DNA of 64,000 nt, from NCBI GenBank assembly GCA_031549685.1, contig JAVBPG010000042.1:3826-67825 (forward strand), in the 5' to 3' direction. Both the position numbers and the translations under genes were made by a program. The notes beneath the pieces are model-generated. The model saw nothing but the letters and a program-made list of their open reading frames with translations. It was not told the DNA's origin and made no database searches. This stretch comes from Bacteroidales bacterium (GTDB taxonomy: Bacteria; Bacteroidota; Bacteroidia; Bacteroidales; UBA932). Below, in pieces: positions 17,519-25,564 of the stretch; position 1 is the stretch's first letter, and the number at the start of each line of letters is the position of its first letter.

Positions 17519-18976
17519 ATGAGCAAAGAAATTTTATCTCTTCAGCCGGCCCGCCTGTGGCAGCATTTTTACGATTTGACACAAATTCCACGCCCCTCTA
17601 AAAAGGAGCGCAAGGCGGTGGAGCATGTGGCCGAGTTCGGCAAAAAACTAGGGCTGTTTACCGAGGTCGATAGCGTGGGTAACGTGCTTATACGCAAGCC
17701 TGCCACCAAAGGCATGGAGGGCCGCAAGGGCGTCATCCTGCAAGGGCACCTGGATATGGTGCCGCAAAAAAATAGCGATACAAAGCATGATTTTGAAAAA
17801 GATCCGATTGATGCATACATCGATGGTGAGTGGGTAAGAGCGCGTGGTACTACGCTGGGGGCCGACAACGGCATTGGCGCTGCAGCCGCCATGGCTATTT
17901 TGGAGGCAACGGATGTTGAGCACCCTGCGCTGGAAGCCCTTTTTACCGTTGATGAGGAAACGGGCATGACCGGCGCCTTCAACGTTAAGCCCGGCTGGAT
18001 GCAGGGCGATATCCTAATGAACCTCGACTCTGAGGATGAGGGCGAGCTCTGCGTGGGGTGCGCCGGCGGCCTGGACGGATCGTTCAGCGCCACCTATGAG
18101 GAGCAAAGCGCAGCTGCCGGGGCTGCCTATACGCTAAGCGTAACGGGGCTTAAGGGCGGCCACTCCGGCGTGGACATTGCGCTTGGACGCGGCAACGCCA
18201 ACAAAATTATTGCCCGTATTCTAAAGCGCCTGACCGAAAAGTGCGGCGTGCAGCTGGCGCAGCTCGAGGGGGGAAACCTGCGCAACGCCATACCGCGCGA
18301 GGCCTTTGCTACCATTGTGATAGAAAAAGATAGGGAGCAGGTCGCAAGGCAGGAGCTGGATGCGCTTACGCAGCTCATCAACGCCGAGCTGTCGGCCGTA
18401 GATGAGAACTTGAAGGTGGCGCTTGCTGCTGCCGAAGCTCCGCAGAAGGTAATGAATCCACAATCGCAGCTGGCCTTGCTCAACGCCGTGTGCGCCTGCC
18501 CCAACGGCGTGGTGCGCATGAGCGATGCCATTCCCGGCCTGGTGGAAACATCGACCAACCTTGCCATTGTAAAAATCGGCGGAGGGCAAATGAGCGCGTC
18601 GTGCCTGCTGCGCAGCTCGGTTGATAGCGCCAAGGAATATTTGTCGGAGTGCATGGAGTCGGTGTTTACGCTGGCCGGAGCAAAGAGCGCGTTTACCGGC
18701 GGCTATCCGGGCTGGAAGCCCAACCCCGATTCGCCTATTTTGAAGGAGATGGAGGCGCTGTACGAGAAAATGTTCGGCACCAAACCTCACGTGCGTGCCA
18801 TTCACGCGGGCTTGGAGTGCGGCCTTTTGGGCGGCGGTTACCCCAACATGGATATGATTTCATTCGGCCCCACTATTCTCAACCCCCACTCACCCGACGA
18901 GCGCGTAAACGTTCCAACCGTAGAAAAGTGGTGGAAGTATTTACTCGAAACGCTGAAGAATGCTCCGGTGAAGTAA
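17519..18976 (+). CDS. pepD: Aminoacyl-histidine (Xaa-His) dipeptidase
   Basis: The 485-aa ORF has M20C family hallmarks (IPRPS…E…, LQGHLDMV, TVDEETGMTGA). Confidence 0.9.
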   Translation: MSKEILSLQPARLWQHFYDLTQIPRPSKKERKAVEHVAEFGKKLGLFTEVDSVGNVLIRKPATKGMEGRKGVILQGHLDMVPQKNSDTKHDFEKDPIDAYIDGEWVRARGTTLGADNGIGAAAAMAILEATDVEHPALEALFTVDEETGMTGAFNVKPGWMQGDILMNLDSEDEGELCVGCAGGLDGSFSATYEEQSAAAGAAYTLSVTGLKGGHSGVDIALGRGNANKIIARILKRLTEKCGVQLAQLEGGNLRNAIPREAFATIVIEKDREQVARQELDALTQLINAELSAVDENLKVALAAAEAPQKVMNPQSQLALLNAVCACPNGVVRMSDAIPGLVETSTNLAIVKIGGGQMSASCLLRSSVDSAKEYLSECMESVFTLAGAKSAFTGGYPGWKPNPDSPILKEMEALYEKMFGTKPHVRAIHAGLECGLLGGGYPNMDMISFGPTILNPHSPDERVNVPTVEKWWKYLLETLKNAPVK

Positions 18977-18996
18977 GAAAGTCCTTTTTTACAAAA

Positions 18997-19038
18997 ACTC
19001 CCTGAGCATTAATTATGGTGCTTGGGGAGTTTTTTTTG
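18997..19038 (+). terminator. Intrinsic terminator after pepD
   Basis: The hairpin actccctgagca / tgcttggggagt is followed by tttttttt. Confidence 0.7.
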
Positions 19039-19140
19039 TTGAAATCTTTCGGCACCAACCCCCCAAATCTTTACTACCTTTGATAGTTGCAGTAATTATT
19101 TGTAACAACATGACTGTTAGGTATTTGTTGTTTTGTATTT

Positions 19141-19165
19141 CATTCTCCATTCTCCATTCTCAATT
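19141..19165. repeat. Heptamer array (CATTCTC) x3.5, GGAGAAT family, reverse orientation
   Basis: The sequence is cattctccattctccattctcaatt, ending 6 nt before the radical-SAM ATG. Confidence 0.8.
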
Positions 19166-19170
19166 AGTCC

Positions 19171-20433
19171 ATGACGGAGGCGGTTTTAGATAAGCTCAAA
19201 ATTCTTGCTGAGGCGGCCAAGTACGATGTGTCCTGCGCATCGAGCGGGCACTCGCGCGGCAACAAGGACAAGGGCCTGGGCACGGCGCATGGCTGGGGCA
19301 TTTGCCACAGCTTTGCCGAGGACGGGCGCTGCGTGTCGCTGCTCAAGATCATGCTTACCAACAACTGCATTTACGACTGCGCCTACTGCGTAAACCGCCG
19401 CAGCAACGATGTTAAGCGCACCACCTTTTCGGTTACGGAGCTGGTGGAGCTCACCATGGAGTTTTACCGCCGCAACTACATCGAGGGCTTGTTCCTGAGC
19501 TCGGGCGTAGTGCGCAACCCCGACTACACCATGGAGCGCATGGTGCGCGTGGCAAAAGATTTGCGCGAGGTTCATCGATACAACGGCTACATTCACCTCA
19601 AGAGTATTCCTGGAGCGAGCCGCGAGCTCGTTACCCAGGCGGGCCTGTACGCCGACCGCCTGAGCGTGAATATTGAAATTCCTACCGAAGAAAATTTGAA
19701 GCTGCTGGCGCCCGAAAAGGATTTTCAGAGCGTGTTTCAGCCCATGTCGTTCATCTCGCAGGGAGCATTGGAAAGCGCCGAGGAGCGTCGTAAATACCGC
19801 CATGCCCCACGCTTTGCGCCTGCCGGACAAAGTACGCAGCTCATAGTTGGCGCTACGCCTGAAACAGATAAACAAATTTTGCAGCTAAGCACCTCGCTTT
19901 ACCAACGGCCAACGCTCAAGCGCGTGTACTACTCGGGCTACATTCCCGTTAACGCTAACGATAGCCGCCTGCCGGCCCTGACCACGCCGCCGCTGGTGCG
20001 CGAGCACAGACTCTACCAGGCCGACTGGCTCATGCGCTTCTACAGCTTCCGCGCCGACGAAATTGTGGACGACCGCAACCCCAACCTCGACCTGGAGCTC
20101 GACCCCAAGCTGACGTACGCCCTGCGCCACCCCGAAATGTTTCCGGTGGACATCAACCGCGCCGACTACGAAACCATTTTGCGCGTACCGGGCATTGGCG
20201 TTAAGTCCGCCAAGCTGATAGTAGCCTCGCGGCGTTACGGCAGGCTGAACAGCGAGCAGCTGCGCAAAATGGGCGTGGTAATTAAGCGGGCGCAGTATTT
20301 TATTACCTGCGGCGAGCTGGCGCCGTACTCCGTAAAGGAGGTGCGTCCCGAGTTCCTGCGCAAGCTGTTTCTGCCTCCAAAATCGGCAAAGGAAAAGAAG
20401 CTGGAGGGGCAGCTGCAGCTGCAGTGGGAGTGA
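19171..20433 (+). CDS. Putative DNA modification/repair radical SAM protein (TIGR03916-type)
   Basis: It has CIYDCAYCVNR (CxxxCxxC) and a C-terminal helix-hairpin-helix-like ILRVPGIGVKSAKLI. The N-terminal KYDVSCASSG is typical of this family. Confidence 0.85.
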   Translation: MTEAVLDKLKILAEAAKYDVSCASSGHSRGNKDKGLGTAHGWGICHSFAEDGRCVSLLKIMLTNNCIYDCAYCVNRRSNDVKRTTFSVTELVELTMEFYRRNYIEGLFLSSGVVRNPDYTMERMVRVAKDLREVHRYNGYIHLKSIPGASRELVTQAGLYADRLSVNIEIPTEENLKLLAPEKDFQSVFQPMSFISQGALESAEERRKYRHAPRFAPAGQSTQLIVGATPETDKQILQLSTSLYQRPTLKRVYYSGYIPVNANDSRLPALTTPPLVREHRLYQADWLMRFYSFRADEIVDDRNPNLDLELDPKLTYALRHPEMFPVDINRADYETILRVPGIGVKSAKLIVASRRYGRLNSEQLRKMGVVIKRAQYFITCGELAPYSVKEVRPEFLRKLFLPPKSAKEKKLEGQLQLQWE

Positions 20434-20440
20434 AATGTAA

Positions 20441-20490
20441 GTGGGCAGTTTGCAGTGGGCAATACGCAGTAGCAGTTTGCAGTAGGCAAT
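20441..20490 (+). repeat. Heptamer array of the GTAGGCA family (gtgggca gtttgca gtgggca atacgca gtagca gtttgca gtaggca)
   Basis: It has 7-bp periodicity and begins 8 nt after the radical-SAM stop codon. Confidence 0.8.
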
Positions 20491-20500
20491 ATGGGGCATT

Positions 20501-20714
20501 GTCATCCTGAGTGAAACGAAGGATCTCAAGTTGGTGCAATTTGTTCAAGTCCACGTCATTGCGAGGACGAGGAACGAGGAATCTCAAGCCTCTGTCCTGT
20601 CATTGCGGGCTTGATCCGCAATCCCCTCGATTAGGAGATCCCGAATCAAGTTCGGGATGACAGAAAGAGATGAGAGATTGCTTTGCCACGCCACGGCGTG
20701 ACTCGCAATGACGC
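20501..20714. repeat. Cluster of five GTCAT-family units (three forward, two reverse)
   Basis: The units start or end at 20501, 20555, 20599 (forward) and 20634-20661, 20674-20714 (reverse). Confidence 0.8.
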
Positions 20715-21520
20715 CCCTCAATTCAACAATTCAACAATTCAACAGTTCAACTCTTTTGAATTACTTCATCTACGATAAAACCTTTGAGGGCTTGCTGTCG
20801 TTGGTATTTGATGCCTACGACAGCAAAGTTTTTCCCGATAAAATACTATCGGAGCAGGAGGTGCTGCCCTTCTTTTCCGATGCTGTTTTTCGCGTAAAAA
20901 CCAACGAGGAGAAATCGCGGCGGGTGTGGGCCGGGTTGAAGAAGAAGATTTCAGCGGAGGCCATTCGCCAGCTGCCGGTGGCCTATATGAGCGAGCTGCC
21001 CGAGGCGGATATGCTGATACTCCGCTACATCTGCAAGGCCTTTGCCGGCAAGCAGTCCATTGAGGTTAACTTTGGCGATGACGACGTGCTGCAGCTGGGA
21101 AAAATTTACCGGAAGGTAAGCCGCGAGGCGGAGCGCGTGCGCATGTTCGTTCGCTTTCAAAAAACGGCCGACGGCATATTCTTCGCGCCCTTTGAGCCCA
21201 AGTACAACGTGCTTCCGCTGGTGGCCGACTTCTTCGAGGAGCGCTTCGCCGACCAGCCCTTCATCATTTACGATGTCAAGCGCCGCTACGGCTTGTACTA
21301 CGATTTGCAGAAAACGGTTGAGGTAAATTTCGACAAGCTTGATTTTGATTTTACCACCGGCAAACTGAACGACGAGCAGGCGGCGGCGGACGAAAAAATG
21401 TTTCAGCAGCTGTGGAAGGGCTACTTCAAGGCCATTGCCATAAAGGAGCGCGTAAATCCGAAGCTGCACCGGCAGAACTTGCCAAAGCGTTTTTGGAAAT
21501 TTCTGCCCGAAAAAAATTAA
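20708..21520 (+). CDS. TIGR03915/DUF4130-type putative DNA repair protein (partner of the radical SAM protein)
   Basis: The family-typical N-terminus YFIYDKTFEGLLSLVFDAY is present. The ATG at 20708 lies inside repeats, so the TTG at 20756 (MNYFIYDK…) may be the true start. Confidence 0.75.
   Translation: MTPLNSTIQQFNSSTLLNYFIYDKTFEGLLSLVFDAYDSKVFPDKILSEQEVLPFFSDAVFRVKTNEEKSRRVWAGLKKKISAEAIRQLPVAYMSELPEADMLILRYICKAFAGKQSIEVNFGDDDVLQLGKIYRKVSREAERVRMFVRFQKTADGIFFAPFEPKYNVLPLVADFFEERFADQPFIIYDVKRRYGLYYDLQKTVEVNFDKLDFDFTTGKLNDEQAAADEKMFQQLWKGYFKAIAIKERVNPKLHRQNLPKRFWKFLPEKN
20718..20752 (+). repeat. Octamer array (CAATTCAA) x4
   Basis: The sequence caattcaacaattcaacaattcaacagttcaac lies immediately upstream of, or inside, the 5' end of the DUF4130 gene. 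Confidence 0.8.
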
Positions 21521-21540
21521 CCCCCTGCCTCTGTCCTTGC

Positions 21541-21583
21541 GAAAAAGAAGCGGCGACACTGTAAATGCCGCCGCTTCTTTTGT
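21541..21583. terminator. Bidirectional intrinsic terminator between convergent genes
   Basis: The stem agaagcggcg / cgccgcttct is flanked by an A-run and a T-run. Confidence 0.8.
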
Positions 21584-21615
21584 GCATACTGCCAGCTGCT
21601 ACTGCCAGCTTCTTT

Positions 21616-22062
21616 TTACACCTTCACCTTTACCACCAGCTTCTTTATTTCACCGCTGCCAACCAGGGGCATGTGCACATCCTCGGGGAATAAAATAACG
21701 AATTGTCCGGGCTTGATTTCCACGAAGGTATCGGGCTTGTCGGCGTAAAAAATGATGTCCTTCTCGGGGTTGTAGGCATCCTTCACGCTTTTGCAGTCGG
21801 GGCGGTAGCTCCAGCCAAAGCTCTCCTTGCCGGCAACGCACAGCTGAATGTCAATGTAGCTATCGTGCGCCTCGTGCTTGGCTGCCTCGGGGGCAAGGCC
21901 CTGGCGCACCATGTAGGTAGCGTAAACCTCCTTGCCGTCCACCTCGTACTTCTTCTCCTCGAGTTGCGATAAGTCATTGCTTTGTATGAAGTTGAACGCT
22001 TTTTCGAAGCGGGGGTTGAGCGAAAAATATTTTTTCGCGTTGCTTAAGTTGTCGATTATCAT
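21616..22062 (-). CDS. YhcH/YjgK/YiaL family protein (DUF386)
   Basis: MIIDNLSNAKKY…HDSYIDIQLCVAGKE…FVILFPEDVHMP is typical of this family. I chose the start at 22062. Confidence 0.85.
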   Translation of the reverse strand: MIIDNLSNAKKYFSLNPRFEKAFNFIQSNDLSQLEEKKYEVDGKEVYATYMVRQGLAPEAAKHEAHDSYIDIQLCVAGKESFGWSYRPDCKSVKDAYNPEKDIIFYADKPDTFVEIKPGQFVILFPEDVHMPLVGSGEIKKLVVKVKV

Positions 22063-22166
22063 AACGAAAATGTTTAAATTTGTTTTTGCAAATATACTGA
22101 TTGTTTTTGACTGGCAAATAGCGTTGGCAGCTGCCGGCATTCGGTAAGTAAATTATAGTAAACTAA

Positions 22167-22952
22167 ATGGATAGCGCAGAATCGGTAAAAAGAATAGCCT
22201 GCATAGGCAGCGGCGGCGTGGCCTCATCGCTGCTGCCGGCGCTGTACGGTGCAGGCTACAAAATTTCGCAGGTGTTTTCGCGTAACCTGCTCAGCGCTCA
22301 GGCGTTGGCTAAAGTGGTGGGGGCGTCGGCGGCGGGTAGCTTGGCCGAGCTTGATGCCAACGCCGATGTGTACATTATTACCGTGCCCGACGGCGAAATT
22401 GAAAACGTGCTGCGCGACGCCAAATTTGGCAACGGCATGGTGGTGCACACCTCGGGTTCCACCTCTATTGATGTTTTTCGAAAGTACAACATCGGGCGCT
22501 GCGGCGTGCTGTATCCGCTGCAAACGTTTAGCCGCCAGCGGGGCGTAAACTTTGCCCGCGTGCCGCTCTACGTCGAGGCGGGAAGCAGCAGCGATACCGT
22601 AGAGCTAATGTTCATGGCGCGCAAGCTCTCGGTCGATGTGTCGCAGGCCGACTCGGAAAAGCGCATGATGCTGCACATTGCGGCGGTTTTTGCCTGCAAT
22701 TTTACTAACCAAATGCTGGCCATATCATCGCAGCTAACCAGAGAGGCGGGGCTGAATTTTGCCTCGCTAAAACCGTTGATTCAGGAAACATTTGAAAAGG
22801 CCATGGCGGCCGACGACCCTGCTCAGGTGCAAACCGGCCCGGCGGTACGCGGCGACATGCTTACCGTGCAAAAGCACCTCGACGCCCTGGCAAGCTGGCC
22901 CGAGCTGCAGCAAATTTATAAGCTGGTGTCGGAGAGTATAATGGAGAATTGA
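22167..22952 (+). CDS. Rossmann-like plus DUF2520 domain protein
   Basis: It has an N-terminal IACIGSGGVASSL dinucleotide-binding motif and a C-terminal DUF2520-like TGPAVRGD. The stop codon is supplied by the heptamer array. Confidence 0.8.
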   Translation: MDSAESVKRIACIGSGGVASSLLPALYGAGYKISQVFSRNLLSAQALAKVVGASAAGSLAELDANADVYIITVPDGEIENVLRDAKFGNGMVVHTSGSTSIDVFRKYNIGRCGVLYPLQTFSRQRGVNFARVPLYVEAGSSSDTVELMFMARKLSVDVSQADSEKRMMLHIAAVFACNFTNQMLAISSQLTREAGLNFASLKPLIQETFEKAMAADDPAQVQTGPAVRGDMLTVQKHLDALASWPELQQIYKLVSESIMEN

Positions 22953-23075
22953 GAATTGAGAATGGAGAATTGAGAATGGAGAATTGAGAATGGAGAATGG
23001 AGAATGGAGAATGGAGAATGGAGAATGGAGAATGGAGAATGGAGAATGGAGAATGGAGAATGGAGAATGGAGAAT
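22943..23075 (+). repeat. 19 tandem heptamers (15 GGAGAAT and 4 TGAGAAT)
   Basis: I counted them directly. The array starts in the last codons of the DUF2520 gene. Confidence 0.95.
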
Positions 23076-23102
23076 GAATGTTATCAAGCATCTTTTATCG
23101 GT

Positions 23103-23151
23103 CGCAAATCGCAAATCATAAATCATAAATCATAAATCATAAATCGCAATC
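23103..23151 (+). repeat. 7 tandem heptamers (CGCAAAT x2, CATAAAT x4, CGCAATC)
   Basis: I counted them directly. The array ends at the base before the kdsC GTG start. Confidence 0.9.
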
Positions 23152-23673
23152 GTGAACTACAAAACCAAGCTGCACCACATAAAAGCCTTTGTATTTGATG
23201 TTGATGGCGTGTTTACCAACAGCCTTGTGCTGGCCATTCCCGGCGGCGATTTTTTGCGCATGCACAACACCAAGGATGGCTACGCGGTGAGCTACGCAAC
23301 CAAGCAGGGTTACCCCATAGGTATTATTACGGGCGGCGCCAGCGAGAGCATTCGCGAGCGCTTTAAGATGCTGGGGGTAACCGATGTGTACCTCGCATCG
23401 GGCTGCAAGCGCGATGATTTTCGCGACTTCTGCTTTAAGTACGATCTCAAGCCCGAGGAGGTGCTGTTTATGGGCGACGATATTCCCGATATGGAGGTGC
23501 TGACCATGTGCGGCGTGGCCACCTGTCCCGCCGATGCGGTGCACGAGGTGAAGGAGGCCTGCCACTACATTTCGGACCGGGACGGCGGCATGGGCTGCGT
23601 GCGCGATGTGATAGAGCAAGCGCTGCGCCTGCAAGGTAAGTGGAACTTGCAGAATGGGGTTAGTTCAATATAA
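23152..23673 (+). CDS. kdsC: 3-deoxy-D-manno-octulosonate 8-phosphate phosphatase (HAD-IIIA)
   Basis: The motifs are FVFDVDGVFT…GIITGG…FMGDDIPD…ISDRDGGMGCVRD. The start is GTG. Confidence 0.9.
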   Translation: MNYKTKLHHIKAFVFDVDGVFTNSLVLAIPGGDFLRMHNTKDGYAVSYATKQGYPIGIITGGASESIRERFKMLGVTDVYLASGCKRDDFRDFCFKYDLKPEEVLFMGDDIPDMEVLTMCGVATCPADAVHEVKEACHYISDRDGGMGCVRDVIEQALRLQGKWNLQNGVSSI

Positions 23674-23736
23674 ACATTTGTCTGTAAGTACGTTAAAGAA
23701 AATTTATTCGTGCATTTGTGGCTCTTTTTTTCTTCT

Positions 23737-24327
23737 ATGCTACACGAAAAACTAAAAAACAAAAAGCTCATACTTGCATCGCAGTCGCCGCGCAGGCAGG
23801 AGCTGCTGGGGGGGCTTGATGTGGCCTTTGCGCTTGCGCCGCGCTACGAGGTTGACGAGGTGTTTCCGCCCGGTATGCCCAAGGATGAGGTTCCCGTGTA
23901 TTTGGCTAAGCTCAAGTCGGAGCGCTACCCGCAGCCGCTGGCCGACGACGAAATTTTGATAACGGCCGACACGCTGGTGTGGTGCAAAAATGAATTCCTG
24001 GGCAAGCCCAAAAGCAATGAGGACGCCTGCCGCATGCTGTGGCTCATGTCGGGGAGCGTGCACGAGGTGCTTACCGGCGTGTGCCTGCGCAGCGCGCACA
24101 AAACCGTTACGTTTTTGGCCTCTACGCTTGTTTATTTTCGCTCGCTTACGCAGGATGAAATGTGCTACTACATAGGTAAGTATAAGCCCATGGACAAGGC
24201 CGGTGCCTACGGCATCCAGGAGTGGATTGGCTACGCCGCCATTGAGCGCATTGAGGGCTCATACTATAACGTAATGGGCTTGCCGATGCAAAAATTATAT
24301 GTGGAGCTGGAAAAATTTGTAGGCTAA
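23737..24327 (+). CDS. maf: Maf-like nucleoside-triphosphate pyrophosphatase
   Basis: The motifs are LILASQSPRRQELL…KAGAYGIQE. I chose the start at MLHEKL. Confidence 0.9.
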   Translation: MLHEKLKNKKLILASQSPRRQELLGGLDVAFALAPRYEVDEVFPPGMPKDEVPVYLAKLKSERYPQPLADDEILITADTLVWCKNEFLGKPKSNEDACRMLWLMSGSVHEVLTGVCLRSAHKTVTFLASTLVYFRSLTQDEMCYYIGKYKPMDKAGAYGIQEWIGYAAIERIEGSYYNVMGLPMQKLYVELEKFVG

Positions 24328-24387
24328 ACTGCGTTTTAATCGCGTCGCTTTTTCTCAAAATTATTGTTTCACTAAAAACTTTATGTT

Positions 24388-24666
24388 ATGAAGTTCACGT
24401 CTGTTTTTGGAGGAATTATTTTGGGCGTTCTTACCTTCTTTTTTGGAGGATGGAAAATTGCCTGGGGAGCAAGCGACATCGTTTTTAACTACGTCAACAG
24501 GGTGGGCCTGCAGGGCGACGGGCTTATTTTTGCCATCAACGGCAAGTACTACGGCCTGGTCAACACGCACCGCATGTTCGACTACCCGTTCTTTGCCTGG
24601 ATACTATTTTTTGGCTCAATTGCGTTTTTTGTCATTGCCATAAGGTCGCTCTTTAAAGGCCGGTAG
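24388..24666 (+). CDS. Hypothetical small membrane protein
   Basis: The 92-aa ORF has two hydrophobic segments. I did not recognise a family. Confidence 0.5.
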   Translation: MKFTSVFGGIILGVLTFFFGGWKIAWGASDIVFNYVNRVGLQGDGLIFAINGKYYGLVNTHRMFDYPFFAWILFFGSIAFFVIAIRSLFKGR

Positions 24667-24697
24667 GCAGCGCCTCTTCATTCTGAGCCTGCAAATT

Positions 24698-25441
24698 TTA
24701 AAGCGTAATCCGTAACCTTGCCAGCTCCTTGGCATCCTCGGTGCGCAGCACGCCGGCGGTGTAGCAGCTCTCGTTGACCTGCTGCAGGCATACCGAGTAG
24801 TGCTGCTTCGCGCGCGATTCGTGCAAAAAATTTACCTCAAGCGTTTTGATTTCCTTGCACTCTTGCACAAGGTCGGGCAGGCTATCGAGCACCCAGCGCA
24901 CGTAGCAGGCGTTGTTTACGTGCCCGTTCATGTCCACGTCGCTGCACCGGATTTCGAGCGCGGGTAGGGGCTTATCCAGCGGGGTAGCCTCCAACTTTTC
25001 GGGGGCCTGGGCAAAGGCGTGCCTGTCGTTCACGTGCGGAAACTGCGAGGCAAAGGCCTCCAGGCGCAGCGGCCGCCGCGTGTTGATATCCACCATGAGC
25101 CAGGCGGTGCTGGCTATGGCCACCACCGCACCCTGCCCGTCAATCAGCTCAAAATCGCGGATGCCCATGAGCGCTTCGGGCGCCTTGGACCAGGTGCGCA
25201 GCGCGAGCTCCTCCTTCCACTTGGGGTAGCGCAGCACCTCGAGCTTCAGGCGCGAGAGCACCCAGAAGTGCCCGGCGGCGCCGAGCGCATCGAAGCCAAA
25301 GCCGTTGGCGGAGGCGTGGTTGCCCGCCGTTTCCTGCAAAAAGTGTAGCAGCGATGTCAGCTGTAGGCGTTGCTTAAAGTCGGTATGGTAGGAGTAAACT
25401 TTGTACTTGTCGGTATAGTAAAACGGAGCGGAGAATGGCAT
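24698..25441 (-). CDS. Acyl-ACP thioesterase
   Basis: The 247-aa ORF has a double hotdog fold, and YSYHTDFKQRL… with NGHVNNACY is typical of FatA/B-like thioesterases. Confidence 0.85.
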   Translation of the reverse strand: MPFSAPFYYTDKYKVYSYHTDFKQRLQLTSLLHFLQETAGNHASANGFGFDALGAAGHFWVLSRLKLEVLRYPKWKEELALRTWSKAPEALMGIRDFELIDGQGAVVAIASTAWLMVDINTRRPLRLEAFASQFPHVNDRHAFAQAPEKLEATPLDKPLPALEIRCSDVDMNGHVNNACYVRWVLDSLPDLVQECKEIKTLEVNFLHESRAKQHYSVCLQQVNESCYTAGVLRTEDAKELARLRITL

Positions 25442-25453
25442 AGCTTGTATAGG

Positions 25454-25520
25454 GTTTAAATGGCTTAGAAACTGTTTAAAGTTGTTTCAGGTTGTTTGAA
25501 ATGGTTTGATGTTGTTGCTC
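25454..25520 (+). repeat. Array of roughly 10-bp period (gtttaaagtt gtttcaggtt gtttgaaatg gtttgatgtt …)
   Basis: The GTTT-headed decamers lie in the thioesterase/YihY intergenic region. Confidence 0.7.
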
Positions 25521-25564
25521 TCAACAAACGGCATGGCCATTAAACAATATTGAGCGTGCTGCCC

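Noticed and set aside
19885-20587. Minus-strand ORFs spanning the radical-SAM 3' end and the repeat block
   Set aside because: They run through GTAGGCA and GTCAT repeats and are antisense to a well-supported gene. There is no independent support.
22767-23126. ORFs encoding (HSPFSIL)n repeats
   Set aside because: They are simply the translation of the reverse strand of the GGAGAAT heptamer array. There is no start context, and the periodicity is at the DNA level (7 nt), not the codon level.
22943-23151. Possible CRISPR array
   Set aside because: The units are 7 nt and directly tandem, with no unique spacers. There are no cas genes in the window.
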